Below, one piece after another: positions 39,032-49,385 of a stretch of DNA of 64,000 bases. Made by a program: the position numbers and the translations under genes. Origin of the DNA: an uncultured cyanobacterium (lineage in GTDB: Bacteria; Cyanobacteriota; Cyanobacteriia; Phormidesmidales; Phormidesmidaceae); contig CAWBZI010000003.1 of assembly GCA_963793265.1 (NCBI GenBank), forward strand, positions 32,001 to 96,000, given 5' to 3'. Below the pieces are notes generated by a model. The model saw only the letters and a program-made list of their open reading frames with translations. It was not told the origin of the DNA and did no database searches. How positions within the stretch are numbered: position 1 is the first letter of the stretch; each line of letters starts with the position of its first letter.

Positions 39032-39997
39032 CTACTTCATCAGGGGGGCAGACACATTATCCAACTGTTCATATTCCGTCTGCGTCATCTCCCAACCCAA
39101 CGCGCCTGCATTCTGCTCAGCCTGCTTAGCATTTTTCGCTCCCGGAATCGGCACCACGCCTTTACTAATCAGCCAGTTCAAAGCCACCTGCACCGTCGTT
39201 TTACCGTGAGCTGCACCGATAGACTCCATCGCTGCCAAGACTGGCTCAATTGATTGCAAGCCTTTCTTACTAAACTTTGGATCGATGCGGCGAGCCCCTG
39301 TAGGCCGCAGGTCGCTACCAACCGTGTACTTTCCAGTTAGCAAACCTTGGGCTAGTGGGCTGTAGGCCAAGATTGTGACCTCCAGGTTGCGAGCGGCTTC
39401 TAAGACGCCGTTGGTTTCGATGTTGCGATGGAGGAGGGAGTATTGCACCTGATTGACGGCTAAGGGAATGCCGCGCTCGGCTAGAAGGGTGTGGGCTTCG
39501 CGCATTTGTTTGGCGGAGTAGTTGCTGACGCCGATGGTTTGGATGCGGCCCTGGTCTACTTCGTCAGCGAGGGCGTTCATGAGCGTTTTTTGGCCCATGA
39601 AGAAGTCGAAGGGCATGTGGACTTGATAGAGGGCGACGGAGGGAACTTTGAGGCGTTTGAGGCTGGCGGTGAGAGCGTCGGCGACGGATTGGGCGGAGAA
39701 GCGCCAGGGGGCGGGCATGTATTTTGTGGCGACGGCGATGGGGGTGCCGCTGGCTTTGGCAAACTCACCGAGGAGATCTTCTGATTTGCCGAGGCCGTAG
39801 ATTTCAGCGGTGTCGAAAAAGGTGACGTCAGAGGCGATCGCAGCTTCAAAAGCAGCCCGAATATCATCGGCCCCATAGGCGCCACCATATTGCCAAAAAA
39901 TCGAGTCGCCCCAGGCCCAGGTACCAATGCCGAGCGCAGGAACTTCTGGGCCTTTGGGGCCGAGGGTGACGGTTTGGAGACTAGGAGAACTGACCAT
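39032..39997 (-). CDS. Aldo/keto reductase
   Basis: LGIGTWAWG, FDTAEIYG, IGVSNYS, AYSPLAQGLLTGKY, PIPGAK. Confidence 0.95.
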   Translation of the reverse strand: MVSSPSLQTVTLGPKGPEVPALGIGTWAWGDSIFWQYGGAYGADDIRAAFEAAIASDVTFFDTAEIYGLGKSEDLLGEFAKASGTPIAVATKYMPAPWRFSAQSVADALTASLKRLKVPSVALYQVHMPFDFFMGQKTLMNALADEVDQGRIQTIGVSNYSAKQMREAHTLLAERGIPLAVNQVQYSLLHRNIETNGVLEAARNLEVTILAYSPLAQGLLTGKYTVGSDLRPTGARRIDPKFSKKGLQSIEPVLAAMESIGAAHGKTTVQVALNWLISKGVVPIPGAKNAKQAEQNAGALGWEMTQTEYEQLDNVSAPLMK

Positions 39998-40087
39998 GAG
40001 AATAGAGGAGGTAGTTGAGAGAGTTAGTCTATATAAGGTAGCGGTTTGATAAGGATTAAGTCATCTTGCCTTTGGCTGTTCACACCG

Positions 40088-41389
40088 TCAGTGGTTTTGC
40101 TCGGCGATGAGAAAGTCTATAAACTGACGGGCGGTGCGGCCTGATCTGCCATTGTGTCGGGTGGCCCACTGCCGGGCGCGCCATTCTAGATGTTCGGTGG
40201 TGATAGAGAGATTGGCCTGAGCGGCGAGTTCGCGAACGATGGTGAGATACGTGGGCTGATCGGCAGGGGTGAAGGTGAGGGTAAGGCCGAATCTGTCGCT
40301 GAATGAAAGCTTTTCTTGCACGGTGTCCCAAGCCTGAATTTCTTCGGCGTCTTTGGGGCGGGGCCGTTCGTCAAAGAATTCGCGGATGAGGTGGCGGCGG
40401 TTTGAGGTTGCGTATACAACTACATTTTGAGGGCGGGCCGTAACGCCGCCTTCAAGCACGACTTTTAATGCCTTAAAGGCTTCGTCGTCTTCCTCAAAAG
40501 ACAAATCATCTACGAAGATAATGAACTTTTGCGGCAGTTGGCTCAGCGGCCCGATAATGTCAGGCAGGTTGTAAAGATCGGCTTTAGGCACTTCTATTAG
40601 GCGGAGGCCGTGATCGCTATACTCATTCAAAAGCGCCTTTACCAGCGAAGACTTACCCGCACCCCGACTGCCATACAGCAGCACGTTTTGAGCGGTGTAG
40701 CCCCGTAGCAGCGACTCGGTATTTTGAATGATCTGCTGCTTGGGATGCTCGTAGGCGGCAAGCTGCTTAAGTCGAATGGAATCGGGCGTAGAAATGCCGA
40801 CCAGCCGGTCGTTCTGCCAGCGGAGGGCAGTGAACTGGCCTAATATGCCGACACCGTGCGCTTTGTAGTAGTGGGCAAGCTCTGTGTGCGCAGCCGTCCA
40901 GTCACTTTGATAGGGAAAGGTGACTGGCAGCTTAGGCTCGCTTCGCGGCTGCATGACTGGGGGCGAAACGCAGTCGGTGGCCTGCTGTACCCACTGGCTG
41001 AGCTGCTCGGCAGGTAGGTGGTATAGCTCGTATAGAATGTCGAGATCGTGCTGTGCGGCGAGGAGGAGTCCCGGTGAGATTTGATTTGAGATCGCGCCGT
41101 CTTCAATATCTTCAGGTAGTCTTTGGCTCTGCTGAGCAAAGGCGTTATCAGCCTCAAGCACGCGCGTAATCAAATGATTCGGCCAGCTTTGCTGAGCATC
41201 AGCTAGCGCTGAAAACCATTGACCGTAGGCAAGATGGCAGGCGACGGTATCTGAACCGATGAGCGTAGTTAAAAGCGCTGTGAAGGCAGTGCCTATGGTA
41301 TCAGTGAGCACAGACTGATAGAGCAGCAGGGAAGCGGTTCGGTGCTGATAGTGTTTGATTTTAGCGATCGCCTCTCCAGCCAATCCCAT
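40088..41389 (-). CDS. DUF815 AAA+ ATPase
   Basis: GSRGAGKSS, FIIFVDDLSFE, YATSNRRHL, GRSGRTARQF. Confidence 0.93.
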   Translation of the reverse strand: MGLAGEAIAKIKHYQHRTASLLLYQSVLTDTIGTAFTALLTTLIGSDTVACHLAYGQWFSALADAQQSWPNHLITRVLEADNAFAQQSQRLPEDIEDGAISNQISPGLLLAAQHDLDILYELYHLPAEQLSQWVQQATDCVSPPVMQPRSEPKLPVTFPYQSDWTAAHTELAHYYKAHGVGILGQFTALRWQNDRLVGISTPDSIRLKQLAAYEHPKQQIIQNTESLLRGYTAQNVLLYGSRGAGKSSLVKALLNEYSDHGLRLIEVPKADLYNLPDIIGPLSQLPQKFIIFVDDLSFEEDDEAFKALKVVLEGGVTARPQNVVVYATSNRRHLIREFFDERPRPKDAEEIQAWDTVQEKLSFSDRFGLTLTFTPADQPTYLTIVRELAAQANLSITTEHLEWRARQWATRHNGRSGRTARQFIDFLIAEQNH

Positions 41390-41566
41390 AGCTCTGTCCT
41401 TAGATGCTTGATACTTCCTCCATCCTATACGTGCCTCAGCACATCAAAAAAATGCTTAACGGCAGAGATGAAGGTTAAGACATCTTGCCATGGGCAATAA
41501 CAGGGCGATGCGGTGCCCTAACATCTTTTTTATACAAAAATTGCGCTCACGAAGCTGGATACAACC

Positions 41567-41893
41567 ATGACGACTCTTCCTCTAGCGGCCATCACCACGC
41601 TAATTTACGGCATTCTATCTATCGTTGGTGGAATCATTGGCTACAGGCAAGCGGGCTCGCAGGTGTCGCTTATTTCAGGAATCATTAGCGGATTGCTGTT
41701 GTTAGTAGGCGCATATCTGCTGTTTGGTGGGGCGTCGGGCGGGCCTACGATATCGGGCTTAGTGAGCTTGCTGCTGGTGATTGTATTTGTGGTGCGACTG
41801 GTGAAAACTTCAAAATTTATGCCCGCTGGGCTGATGATTATTGCTGGCGTTATCAACCTTCTGACGCTGTGGTTCACCCTACCGCTGCACTAG
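41567..41893 (+). CDS. TMEM14 family membrane protein
   Basis: YGILSIVGGIIGY..AGS.VSLISG; KFMPAGL. Confidence 0.9.
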   Translation: MTTLPLAAITTLIYGILSIVGGIIGYRQAGSQVSLISGIISGLLLLVGAYLLFGGASGGPTISGLVSLLLVIVFVVRLVKTSKFMPAGLMIIAGVINLLTLWFTLPLH

Positions 41894-41904
41894 ATTTGTT
41901 ATCC

Positions 41905-41951
41905 GAGGTTTGTTTGAGGCTTGTTTGTTTGAGGCTTGTTTGTTTAAGGCT
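41905..41951. repeat. Intergenic 15-bp tandem repeat GAGGCTTGTTTGTTT
   Basis: Two exact units (41916-41945) plus partial flanking copies. Confidence 0.85.
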
Positions 41952-42261
41952 CTGGTGAAGCAAGTAGATGGCGTAGGCAGCTTTTTTGAAAGAAATTATG
42001 GCTGCTTTACGTAATTTTCAGGCGTCAGGTTGATGATCCTACAGGAACCTACTTTACGAGCAAAAATTCGTACACATAACCGCTTCTTCCTACGGATGAC
42101 TCCTTCTCAGTAGGATTGTTAGCGTATGGAATAGGGGCTCAGCAGTTACGCTGAAGCTTCACAATACCGGGTGCTAAATTATACATTTAATAGACATATT
42201 TACTTAGACTATTTTAATTAGCCTCTAATCAGCCTAAACTTTCATCGGAGCTAAACCTGAA

Positions 42262-42600
42262 ATGACCACTGCTTCTACCATTGTCGAGAATGCCAAAAGT
42301 AAGAGAGCGTGCCTCTATTGCGAACAAAAGAAACTGCTAACAACAGACTCGAATGACGATTTTGTTTACTACCACTGCTTGAACTGCGGCGGCGAGTTTC
42401 CTGAAAACGAGAAACAAAAGGAATATCGCGAAGGCAAAGATACAGAGGATCGGTACGACAGTCCGCTAAACGGCGGTGCGGTGCTGTTGATGCTGATGCT
42501 GGTGACTATTTTGGTGATTAATTTGAGCGATCGCCGCAGCCTTGAAAATCCGATTCAAGCACCTAACTGGATTGAGTCGGTGTTCGACTGGTTCGATTAG
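42262..42600 (+). CDS. Small CxxC..CxxC zinc-ribbon protein with one TM helix
   Basis: CLYC...HCLNCG; AVLLMLMLVTILVI. Confidence 0.65.
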   Translation: MTTASTIVENAKSKRACLYCEQKKLLTTDSNDDFVYYHCLNCGGEFPENEKQKEYREGKDTEDRYDSPLNGGAVLLMLMLVTILVINLSDRRSLENPIQAPNWIESVFDWFD

Positions 42601-43268
42601 TTATCTAGATTCTCAGGGTCTAAAATCTCAGGATCTGAAGTCTCGGATGCTGGATTCTCTGAGTCTAGAGGCTCAAGCCGGGTCACCGATAGCCAGTCTG
42701 AAGTTGGCCGGTTCACTGCGTTGTCGAGCCCGCCTGAGACGAGATGAACTTTCACCGTTTCGGTGGGCGCATCACTTGATGAATCGGGTTCTATTACCTG
42801 CACGTATAGCTGATCGCCCGTAAAGTCTTTGCCGCCGACGTTGAGCTGATAGGACTTGCCCTCAGCGACTAAGTTGATGGTGGCTGTAGGGTCGTCGAGG
42901 CCGAATTCAGTGAGATTGTTGGGCTCGGCGGTGAGCGTATGGGCAGAGGGGTTAGTGATTTGGTTGAGGAGGAAGGCGATCGCACCCGGTTCTGCAAGCG
43001 CCTGATCGGGCTCAACCATCCGCCAGGTGTCTTCATCTGATTTTTCAAAGGCAATGGTATCGGCAGGCCGCTCTACTTCTAAGCTTTCAACTGCGTCTTC
43101 ACCAAAAGGAAGCATCTGCTCGCCATCTGCTCTTAAAGCGGAATCAGCGGCTTGATCGGCAGTAGATACGTCGCCTTCACGTAGGGACTGGTTGCCCTCT
43201 AGGAGAATGACACCGCCCAATAGAGCGATCGCACTCACTAACAACAATATTGTTCTACGCTTCAGCAT
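42597..43268 (-). CDS. DUF4340 domain protein
   Basis: N-terminal anchor, EFGLDDP motif, last gene of the Gld-like operon. Confidence 0.82.
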   Translation of the reverse strand: MLKRRTILLLVSAIALLGGVILLEGNQSLREGDVSTADQAADSALRADGEQMLPFGEDAVESLEVERPADTIAFEKSDEDTWRMVEPDQALAEPGAIAFLLNQITNPSAHTLTAEPNNLTEFGLDDPTATINLVAEGKSYQLNVGGKDFTGDQLYVQVIEPDSSSDAPTETVKVHLVSGGLDNAVNRPTSDWLSVTRLEPLDSENPASETSDPEILDPENLDN

Positions 43269-43313
43269 AAGTAATTCTCTAAGGAACAAAGATCAAGTGA
43301 TCTACACACAGCA

Positions 43314-43353
43314 GCCCTCATCCTAAATCCTTCTCCCGAGGGGAGAGGGCCTC
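43314..43353. repeat. Degenerate cyanobacterial dispersed palindromic element (CCCTCATCC...CCTTCTCCC..GGGAGAGGG)
   Basis: Hairpin in the intergenic gap; resembles common cyanobacterial short repeats, from recollection. Confidence 0.45.
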
Positions 43354-43380
43354 AGCAAACGACGATTAAAGTCAATCGCC

Positions 43381-45092
43381 CTATCGTCGGATCGCCCACA
43401 GCGTACCGGCACCCGCCAATCCAATCAGGGGAAATACCAGCAGTGCCAGCACCGTCAGAAAAATCTGTTGGCTAAACGTCATTTCAATGCGACGGTTCGT
43501 CACCTCTTTCGGGCGAATAGAAAGCACAGGATTATCAACCTTGCTCAACCAGTCCACCGAGTTTAAGAACACATCACCGTTGAGCTGCTGATCGAACAAA
43601 CCGTCAATTGCAAAAGTTGCGTTACCAATTACCACCATTCTGCTTTCAGCCTCAGCAGTCTGACCTTCCGCAGGACTCTCTTCAGCGGCAGCGCCTTCTC
43701 CCAAAACTTCTGCTTCAGACAAAGAATCTTCTATCGCCTCTGAGGCGGAAGGGATGTCTTCTTCAACTTCTGTATCTAAGTTCGCTTCACCTTCTATTTG
43801 AGTCTCAGCATCCGATAGATCGGCGGGTTCATCAGTCGTCTCAGCCGCCGGACGGGAGAGCGCTACGCCCAAAGCAAACGGGCCTTGGGGCTCCTGAGAA
43901 GGATCAATGGCGAGTTCGGCTTCAGTAACAGGCTGTGCATAACTATTAGGATCAGTGAAGAGCAAAGGCGTTTCTTGTACCCCAACCACTTCTGTAATTT
44001 GTAGAGGCCGGGCCACCGGGAAGAAGGATCGGCTGTTGCCGAAAGCTTCAGTGATAGGATGGTCGCCGTATTCTTGCACTAAAGGAGCCGCTGGGCCAAG
44101 GTTCACAAGCTGTCCGCCGCCCGAGGTGTCGATCACAATGGCGTCTTCTAACACAACGCCCCACTCACTCATCATCTCTTCCAAACCTGTTTCAGTTTGC
44201 GGATCAATCAGCGCTAATATGCTGCCGCCACTTTCTAAGTAGTTCCGAATAACGGTGACTTCGTTTTCAAACAGCTTTTCCTGCGGGCGAGCAATAATCA
44301 GCACGTCGGCATCAGGCGGCACGGTACCGCCCGTATCGGCCAAGTTGAGCGGGAGGGCGGTGTAGTTTTGCTGCTCTAGCTGAGTAGCCGCCTCAAAAAG
44401 GCCCGCTTCAGCACCGTCTATGGCATATTCGCCATGGCCTTGTAAAAAGTAAGCCACTGGCGCTTCACCCTGACTGAGCTGTGCGAGTTTGTCGGTAAGC
44501 TGCCGCTCGGTTAAGGGCGATTGGGGATTGACGGTTTGCACTAGCGTGGTGCGATCGCCCGATTGTAAAAAGACTTCACCGCCTGTCGTCACGCCAATCT
44601 CTCTTGCAAACTGAGGATCGACGCGTGGATCGATATAGCGGTAGGTAAAGTCGCTGTTGTACCGGCGATAGTTGTCTAGTAGCTGCTGGTCGGCTGGATT
44701 AGGCACCGGGCTAAAAATCAGCAGCTCAGTTGGATTTTCTAATTCTTCTACGACTTCCTGAGACGCGGGCGAAAGTGAGAGCACCTGGCCTTCAGTGAGG
44801 TCTATGCGGCTGTCGTAGCGAGCGGCTACGAAGTTGACGAGCCCTATAATCAGTAGCACCGAAATTACTGAGACGACCGCGTTAGTGCTGGCCTGTGTAG
44901 AGCGCAAATTCCAGAACTGACCGCTGGCATAGCCGCCGCTAAAGATACCACGATCAGCAGCAATAGCCCGATCACTAGAAAGGCAACGGCGATCGCACCC
45001 CAGCCATTGAGCACACCCACCACAATACCGGCGGTGACGAGCATGAGCCCTGGCCAAATTAAATATTTGAATGCCTTTGGCAAGTTTTTCAT
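43381..45092 (-). CDS. GldG-family ABC auxiliary protein (apparent 1-nt deletion near 44948)
   Basis: RIDLTE..LSLS, YFLQGHGE, NGDVFLNSVDWL, LSIRPK; N-terminal TMs in another frame (44865-45092). Confidence 0.87.
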
Positions 45093-45099
45093 AAGAGAA

Positions 45100-45897
45100 T
45101 CAGGAGCGTTGGAATCGGAGCGTATCGATGGATTGGGCGGTGAGGAACAGGCCCAGCACGATATAGCTCAAAAACAGAATGAGGCCGCTGGTGTCGAAAA
45201 TGCCCTGCGTAAAGTCGGTAAAGTGCGTGAGTAAGGAGAGATGTCCGAGCGCTTCACCAATGGGGCCAGGCAGGTTTGAAATGCCATCGACAACCCACAG
45301 CAGCAGCACCAGGCCAAAGGTCATAATCGCGGCGAGTACGGTGCTCTCAGAAAGCGATGAAATGAACATGCCGAGCGACAGTACGCCTGCGGCTAGCAGC
45401 AGTAGCCCTAAGTGGCCTAGCCAGAAAATAGACGGGAAGAAATCTGGCGTGCTTGAGCTGAGTGCGATCGCCTCCAGCACCATCAGCGGCAGCAGCATCA
45501 CGCTAAAAAAGGTCACTACGCCCAGCAGCTTACCAAGGGCCACCACCCAGTTTGTTAGCGGTGAAGTCGCCAGTAGCTCCAAGGTGCCTTGCTTACGTTC
45601 TTCTGCATAGAGCCCCATCGACAGCATTGGCAAAATGAACATGGCCAGCGAGCCTAAAAAGTTGAGATAGATCTTCAAAAACTCATAGGGCACATCGATG
45701 TCTTGCGAGACTACGCCGAGCTGATCGTTAGCACTTACCTGAGCGATAATGCCTTCGGGTGAGAGCAAAATTTGAACCAAAAACAAGCCGCCAATAAACC
45801 AGAACACCACTGCAATGATGTAGGCAAAAGGTGACTTGAAATAGCTCTGCAATTCTCGCCGGTAAATCGCCAGCAAATTACCAATAAAAATACTCAT
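45100..45897 (-). CDS. ABC-2 permease (GldF-like)
   Basis: RRELQSYFKSP, AEERKQGTLELLATSP, multiple TMs. Confidence 0.9.
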   Translation of the reverse strand: MSIFIGNLLAIYRRELQSYFKSPFAYIIAVVFWFIGGLFLVQILLSPEGIIAQVSANDQLGVVSQDIDVPYEFLKIYLNFLGSLAMFILPMLSMGLYAEERKQGTLELLATSPLTNWVVALGKLLGVVTFFSVMLLPLMVLEAIALSSSTPDFFPSIFWLGHLGLLLLAAGVLSLGMFISSLSESTVLAAIMTFGLVLLLWVVDGISNLPGPIGEALGHLSLLTHFTDFTQGIFDTSGLILFLSYIVLGLFLTAQSIDTLRFQRS

Positions 45898-47024
45898 TTC
45901 GCCTCATCTCCGTTTTCCGCTGCCTGAGCACTTTCGGCAGGAGACTCTAGAGCAATTTTAGGGGCAATCTCCTTATCCTGTTTAGCCGCTTTAGATTCGG
46001 CCTCCCCAGACTTAGAACTATCAAGCTTTGGTTCGTCAGGCTTATCAGTACGCGACTCAATCGGTTGTTCACTGGCAACTGGTTTCTCTTGCGTCGTCAG
46101 GTTGATAAACACATCTTCTAAGCTAGCGCGGTTGCGGGTTAGCTCGAATAGCTCAAAGCCCTGGTTCACCGCATTCGTTGCGATCGCACTCCCCAAGTCC
46201 TCACCTGCTCTGGTCATCACCTCATACCGAAAATGGCCGCTCGGCAGATCCTCAGTCTTAGTCGCCTTTACCGTCACCACGCCCGGTATTGCCTGTAGCA
46301 TCGCAATCCCGCTCTCCATATCGCTACGCAGCTCTACCCAGTAGCCGCCTTGTCCGGTGAGTCGTTCGACTAGGCTTTCAGGACTATCAGTCGCGATAAT
46401 TTCGCCCTGATTGATAATTGTGATGCGATCGCACGTCGCGCTCACCTCTGGCAAAATATGCGTCGATAAAATAATCGTATGCTCTCCGGCTAGCCGCTTA
46501 ATCAGGTTGCGCACCTCAATAATTTGGCGCGGGTCTAGCCCCACCGTCGGCTCATCGAGCACGATTACAGGCGGGTTATGAACGATTGCCTGCGCAATGC
46601 CGACGCGCTGCCGAAAGCCTTTAGACAATTTGCGGATGATCACCTTACGCTTTTCTTCGAGGTTGCAGCGCTCAATAGCAGAGGTAATTTGGGTGGGGCG
46701 ATCGCCCGCACTCACCCCCTTAATTCGCGCCACAAAGTCCAAAAATCCTTCCACCGTCATCTCTGGATACAAAGGCGGCGTCTCTGGCAAATAGCCAATA
46801 TTTTGCCGCACCGCCATCGAATGCGTATGAACGTCTTTCCCGGCAATTCGCGCAGTGCCCTCAGTCGCCGGTAAATAGCCCGTCAAAATTCGCATAGTCG
46901 TGGTTTTACCCGCCCCGTTTGGCCCCAAAAACCCTAAAATCTCGCCCGGCTCTACCGTAAAAGATACGTCTTTAATCGCGGCGATCGCGCCATAGGTTTT
47001 GGTGAGCTGATCAACTTCAATCAT
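45894..47024 (-). CDS. ABC transporter ATP-binding protein (GldA-like)
   Basis: GPNGAGKTT, LSKGFRQRVG, LDEPTVGLDP. Confidence 0.93.
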   Translation of the reverse strand: MIEVDQLTKTYGAIAAIKDVSFTVEPGEILGFLGPNGAGKTTTMRILTGYLPATEGTARIAGKDVHTHSMAVRQNIGYLPETPPLYPEMTVEGFLDFVARIKGVSAGDRPTQITSAIERCNLEEKRKVIIRKLSKGFRQRVGIAQAIVHNPPVIVLDEPTVGLDPRQIIEVRNLIKRLAGEHTIILSTHILPEVSATCDRITIINQGEIIATDSPESLVERLTGQGGYWVELRSDMESGIAMLQAIPGVVTVKATKTEDLPSGHFRYEVMTRAGEDLGSAIATNAVNQGFELFELTRNRASLEDVFINLTTQEKPVASEQPIESRTDKPDEPKLDSSKSGEAESKAAKQDKEIAPKIALESPAESAQAAENGDEAK

Positions 47025-47241
47025 GGCCTTTCGCCCAAACTCGCTAAACTAGACACTACCTAAACCAGCTAAACCAGACATTTAGCCCGCGCAAAGCTCC
47101 AAGCGTAGAATCCTACCACTCACAGAGCCGATCGATATTACGTTTGATTGCCGGTGTGAAAAGTGGCAGCAGGCGAGCCACCAAAGCACAGGTTAGTCAT
47201 CAAAGCAAAAAAAATGCGCTCTAGAACTCAGCAAAACACCT

Positions 47242-47475
47242 TTGGCAAAACAAAAATTTCCTCACCTCCTCGGCTCCAAGTGGACAGCTCAGCAAAGAAC
47301 GTTGGGATGGCGACACTTTCAGGTCGTCAATCGTAAAAATCAGGGCAAATGGGTCTTCGCTGAGCTAGTGGCCACCTGCGACCCAGACGCGCGGTTTTGG
47401 CTGAATGCAAAAGCGCTCAAGAACCGGCAGCTATGGGCTAGCGGCTGGCAAACGCGTGACGAAATGCAATCCTGA
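47242..47475 (+). CDS. TIGR02450-type Trp-rich protein
   Basis: LLGSKWTA...GWRHFQV...W..GW. Confidence 0.85.
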   Translation: MAKQKFPHLLGSKWTAQQRTLGWRHFQVVNRKNQGKWVFAELVATCDPDARFWLNAKALKNRQLWASGWQTRDEMQS

Positions 47476-47588
47476 GCTTTCGTACTAGAATATAAAGGCA
47501 TTGTGAAACACACGTTCGTTTGGCTAACTGTTCTCTCACTGCTGTCGTCTCATTTGTTAGACCGTCTTACTTAGTTAAGCGGACACGT

Positions 47589-47978
47589 ATGTCTTTTTCT
47601 GCTGAAGAACCTCCTGAAGATCCAATCAACGATGCAGATTTGCTAAAAGCCGTGCTGCCGCCGTTGCTCAAAGACTTCCAGCATTGGTTTGCCAGCAGCA
47701 TTGAGATGTTAGAGACACGAAAGCTTAGCTTTTTAACGCCCGAGCAGCGTCAGGATTTGCTCAGCCGCGTTCAAGCCGCTCAGCAGCAGCTCAGCGCGGC
47801 CCAAATGCTCTCATCAGCGACTGATAGCCAGGCAGGTATTGAAATGCCGGTTGTGATGGCTTGGCATAAGCTAGTGCATGAATGCTGGGGCGTTTCTTTG
47901 CGATCTCGATCAGATGCTCAGACAGAAGCTCAAGCAGACAACCGAACTGACGGCCCGAGCGAAGAACAAAGCCTCTAG
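47589..47978 (+). CDS. DUF2605 family protein
   Basis: LLKAVLPPLLKDFQHWF, WHKLVHECWGVS. Confidence 0.82.
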   Translation: MSFSAEEPPEDPINDADLLKAVLPPLLKDFQHWFASSIEMLETRKLSFLTPEQRQDLLSRVQAAQQQLSAAQMLSSATDSQAGIEMPVVMAWHKLVHECWGVSLRSRSDAQTEAQADNRTDGPSEEQSL

Positions 47979-48124
47979 GACTTGTAGCTCTTAAGACGGA
48001 ATCTTTATAAAAGCGCTTACTTACGTGTCCGGCTCAAGATACCTGTGCGAGAATAGGTACATACTCTCAAGCCAGCCTTATTTTTTTAGCCGTCTCCTTA
48101 ACCTAGCCCTCATACATAACACTC

Positions 48125-48427
48125 ATGCTTCACCTGCTTTATGTCATCGCCTTTACGGTTTTAGCCGTCATCGCCGTTTCCAACATGCTTCGCAACCTCG
48201 TGAAGCTTGGCACCGAGTCGCGCCAGCCCGTTCGCCCGCAGCGCAATTCCTACCACAATTCTCAGCGCCCCGTACCCCATCCAGAACTGCTGGACGGTAG
48301 CGGCGATGTGATCAACGAACCCTTGCTAGTAATGCGTTCTATCTCAATTAAAGACGCGAGAGATAAGCTAGATGCACTGTACGAATCATCGGGCAGCAGC
48401 AGCTATCAAGAAGACGCGGATAGCTGA
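48125..48427 (+). CDS. DUF2973 family protein
   Basis: MLHLLYVIAFTVLA, PHPELLD, EPLLVMRS. Confidence 0.85.
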   Translation: MLHLLYVIAFTVLAVIAVSNMLRNLVKLGTESRQPVRPQRNSYHNSQRPVPHPELLDGSGDVINEPLLVMRSISIKDARDKLDALYESSGSSSYQEDADS

Positions 48428-48509
48428 CGCGATCAAACTTGAGGCTAGTGCTACGACAGGACTGCGAAACTATTAGGATCGCACCATAAAAGAATTGCGT
48501 CATCAATCC

Positions 48510-48546
48510 AAAGCCCTCCTGGTACTGTACCGGTAGGGCTTTTCTA
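48510..48546 (+). terminator. Hairpin/terminator after DUF2973 gene
   Basis: AAAGCCCT-CCTGGTACTGTACCGGT-AGGGCTTT followed by T-rich sequence. Confidence 0.5.
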
Positions 48547-48644
48547 TTAGCGAAGGCTGACAACAAAGGCGCTCGATCTCAGCTACAGGTATTAATATCA
48601 GTGCTTACCGTAACGGCCTAACTCGATCTCACTTTTCATTTACT

Positions 48645-49352
48645 ATGGCCCCTCATAAAACACCTCAGTCAAACCAGATTTTAACTATCATCCACAAAGA
48701 GACGACCGTACCGGGCCTAGTCGGCAGCAAGCTTAACGACTTAGGCTATGAGCTAGATATTCGCGCTCCTATCTTTGGCGAAATGCTGCCCGATAGTCTG
48801 GAAGACTATGCTGCCGCGCTACTCTTTGGCGGGCCGATGAGCGTGAACGATGACGAACTCTATCTGCACAAAGAAATGGCCTGGATTCGACAGGTGCTTG
48901 AGGCCAAGCTGCCTTATTTGGGAATTTGCTTAGGCGCGCAGCTACTCGCAAAAGTGCTGGGCGCGAAGGTAGAGCGGCACGGGAAGGCGCTTGAGGAGAT
49001 TGGCTACTATTCGGTGCGCGCAACTGCCGCAGGCAAGGCGCTGTTTCCGCCGCAGATGAAGGTGTATCAGTGGCACAAAGAAGGATTCGAGCTGCCTGAA
49101 GGCGCTGTGCTTTTGGCTGAAGGTGATAATTTTCCGAATCAGGCGTTTCGGTGGGGCGATCGCACCTATGGCGTCCAGTTTCACCCTGAGATGACCGCTG
49201 AAATGCTCGACTTTTGGACGACGCAGGGTGCTGATCTGCTCGATGCGCCGAACGCTCAAAGTCGTGAGGTTCAGATGGCAGGACATGCTCAGAACAGCGC
49301 GGGTGTAGAGCGGTGGCTAGAACAGTTTTTGAAAGTCTGGCTGATGCAGTAG
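48645..49352 (+). CDS. Class I glutamine amidotransferase-like protein
   Basis: FGGPMS, LGICLGAQ, QWH, VQFHPE. Confidence 0.92.
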   Translation: MAPHKTPQSNQILTIIHKETTVPGLVGSKLNDLGYELDIRAPIFGEMLPDSLEDYAAALLFGGPMSVNDDELYLHKEMAWIRQVLEAKLPYLGICLGAQLLAKVLGAKVERHGKALEEIGYYSVRATAAGKALFPPQMKVYQWHKEGFELPEGAVLLAEGDNFPNQAFRWGDRTYGVQFHPEMTAEMLDFWTTQGADLLDAPNAQSREVQMAGHAQNSAGVERWLEQFLKVWLMQ

Positions 49353-49385
49353 GGTTAAGAAGCTGTTAGTGAATTAGGTAAATCC

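Noticed and set aside
41905..41951. Possible mini-CRISPR
   Set aside because: Direct tandem 15-mers without spacers; no cas genes
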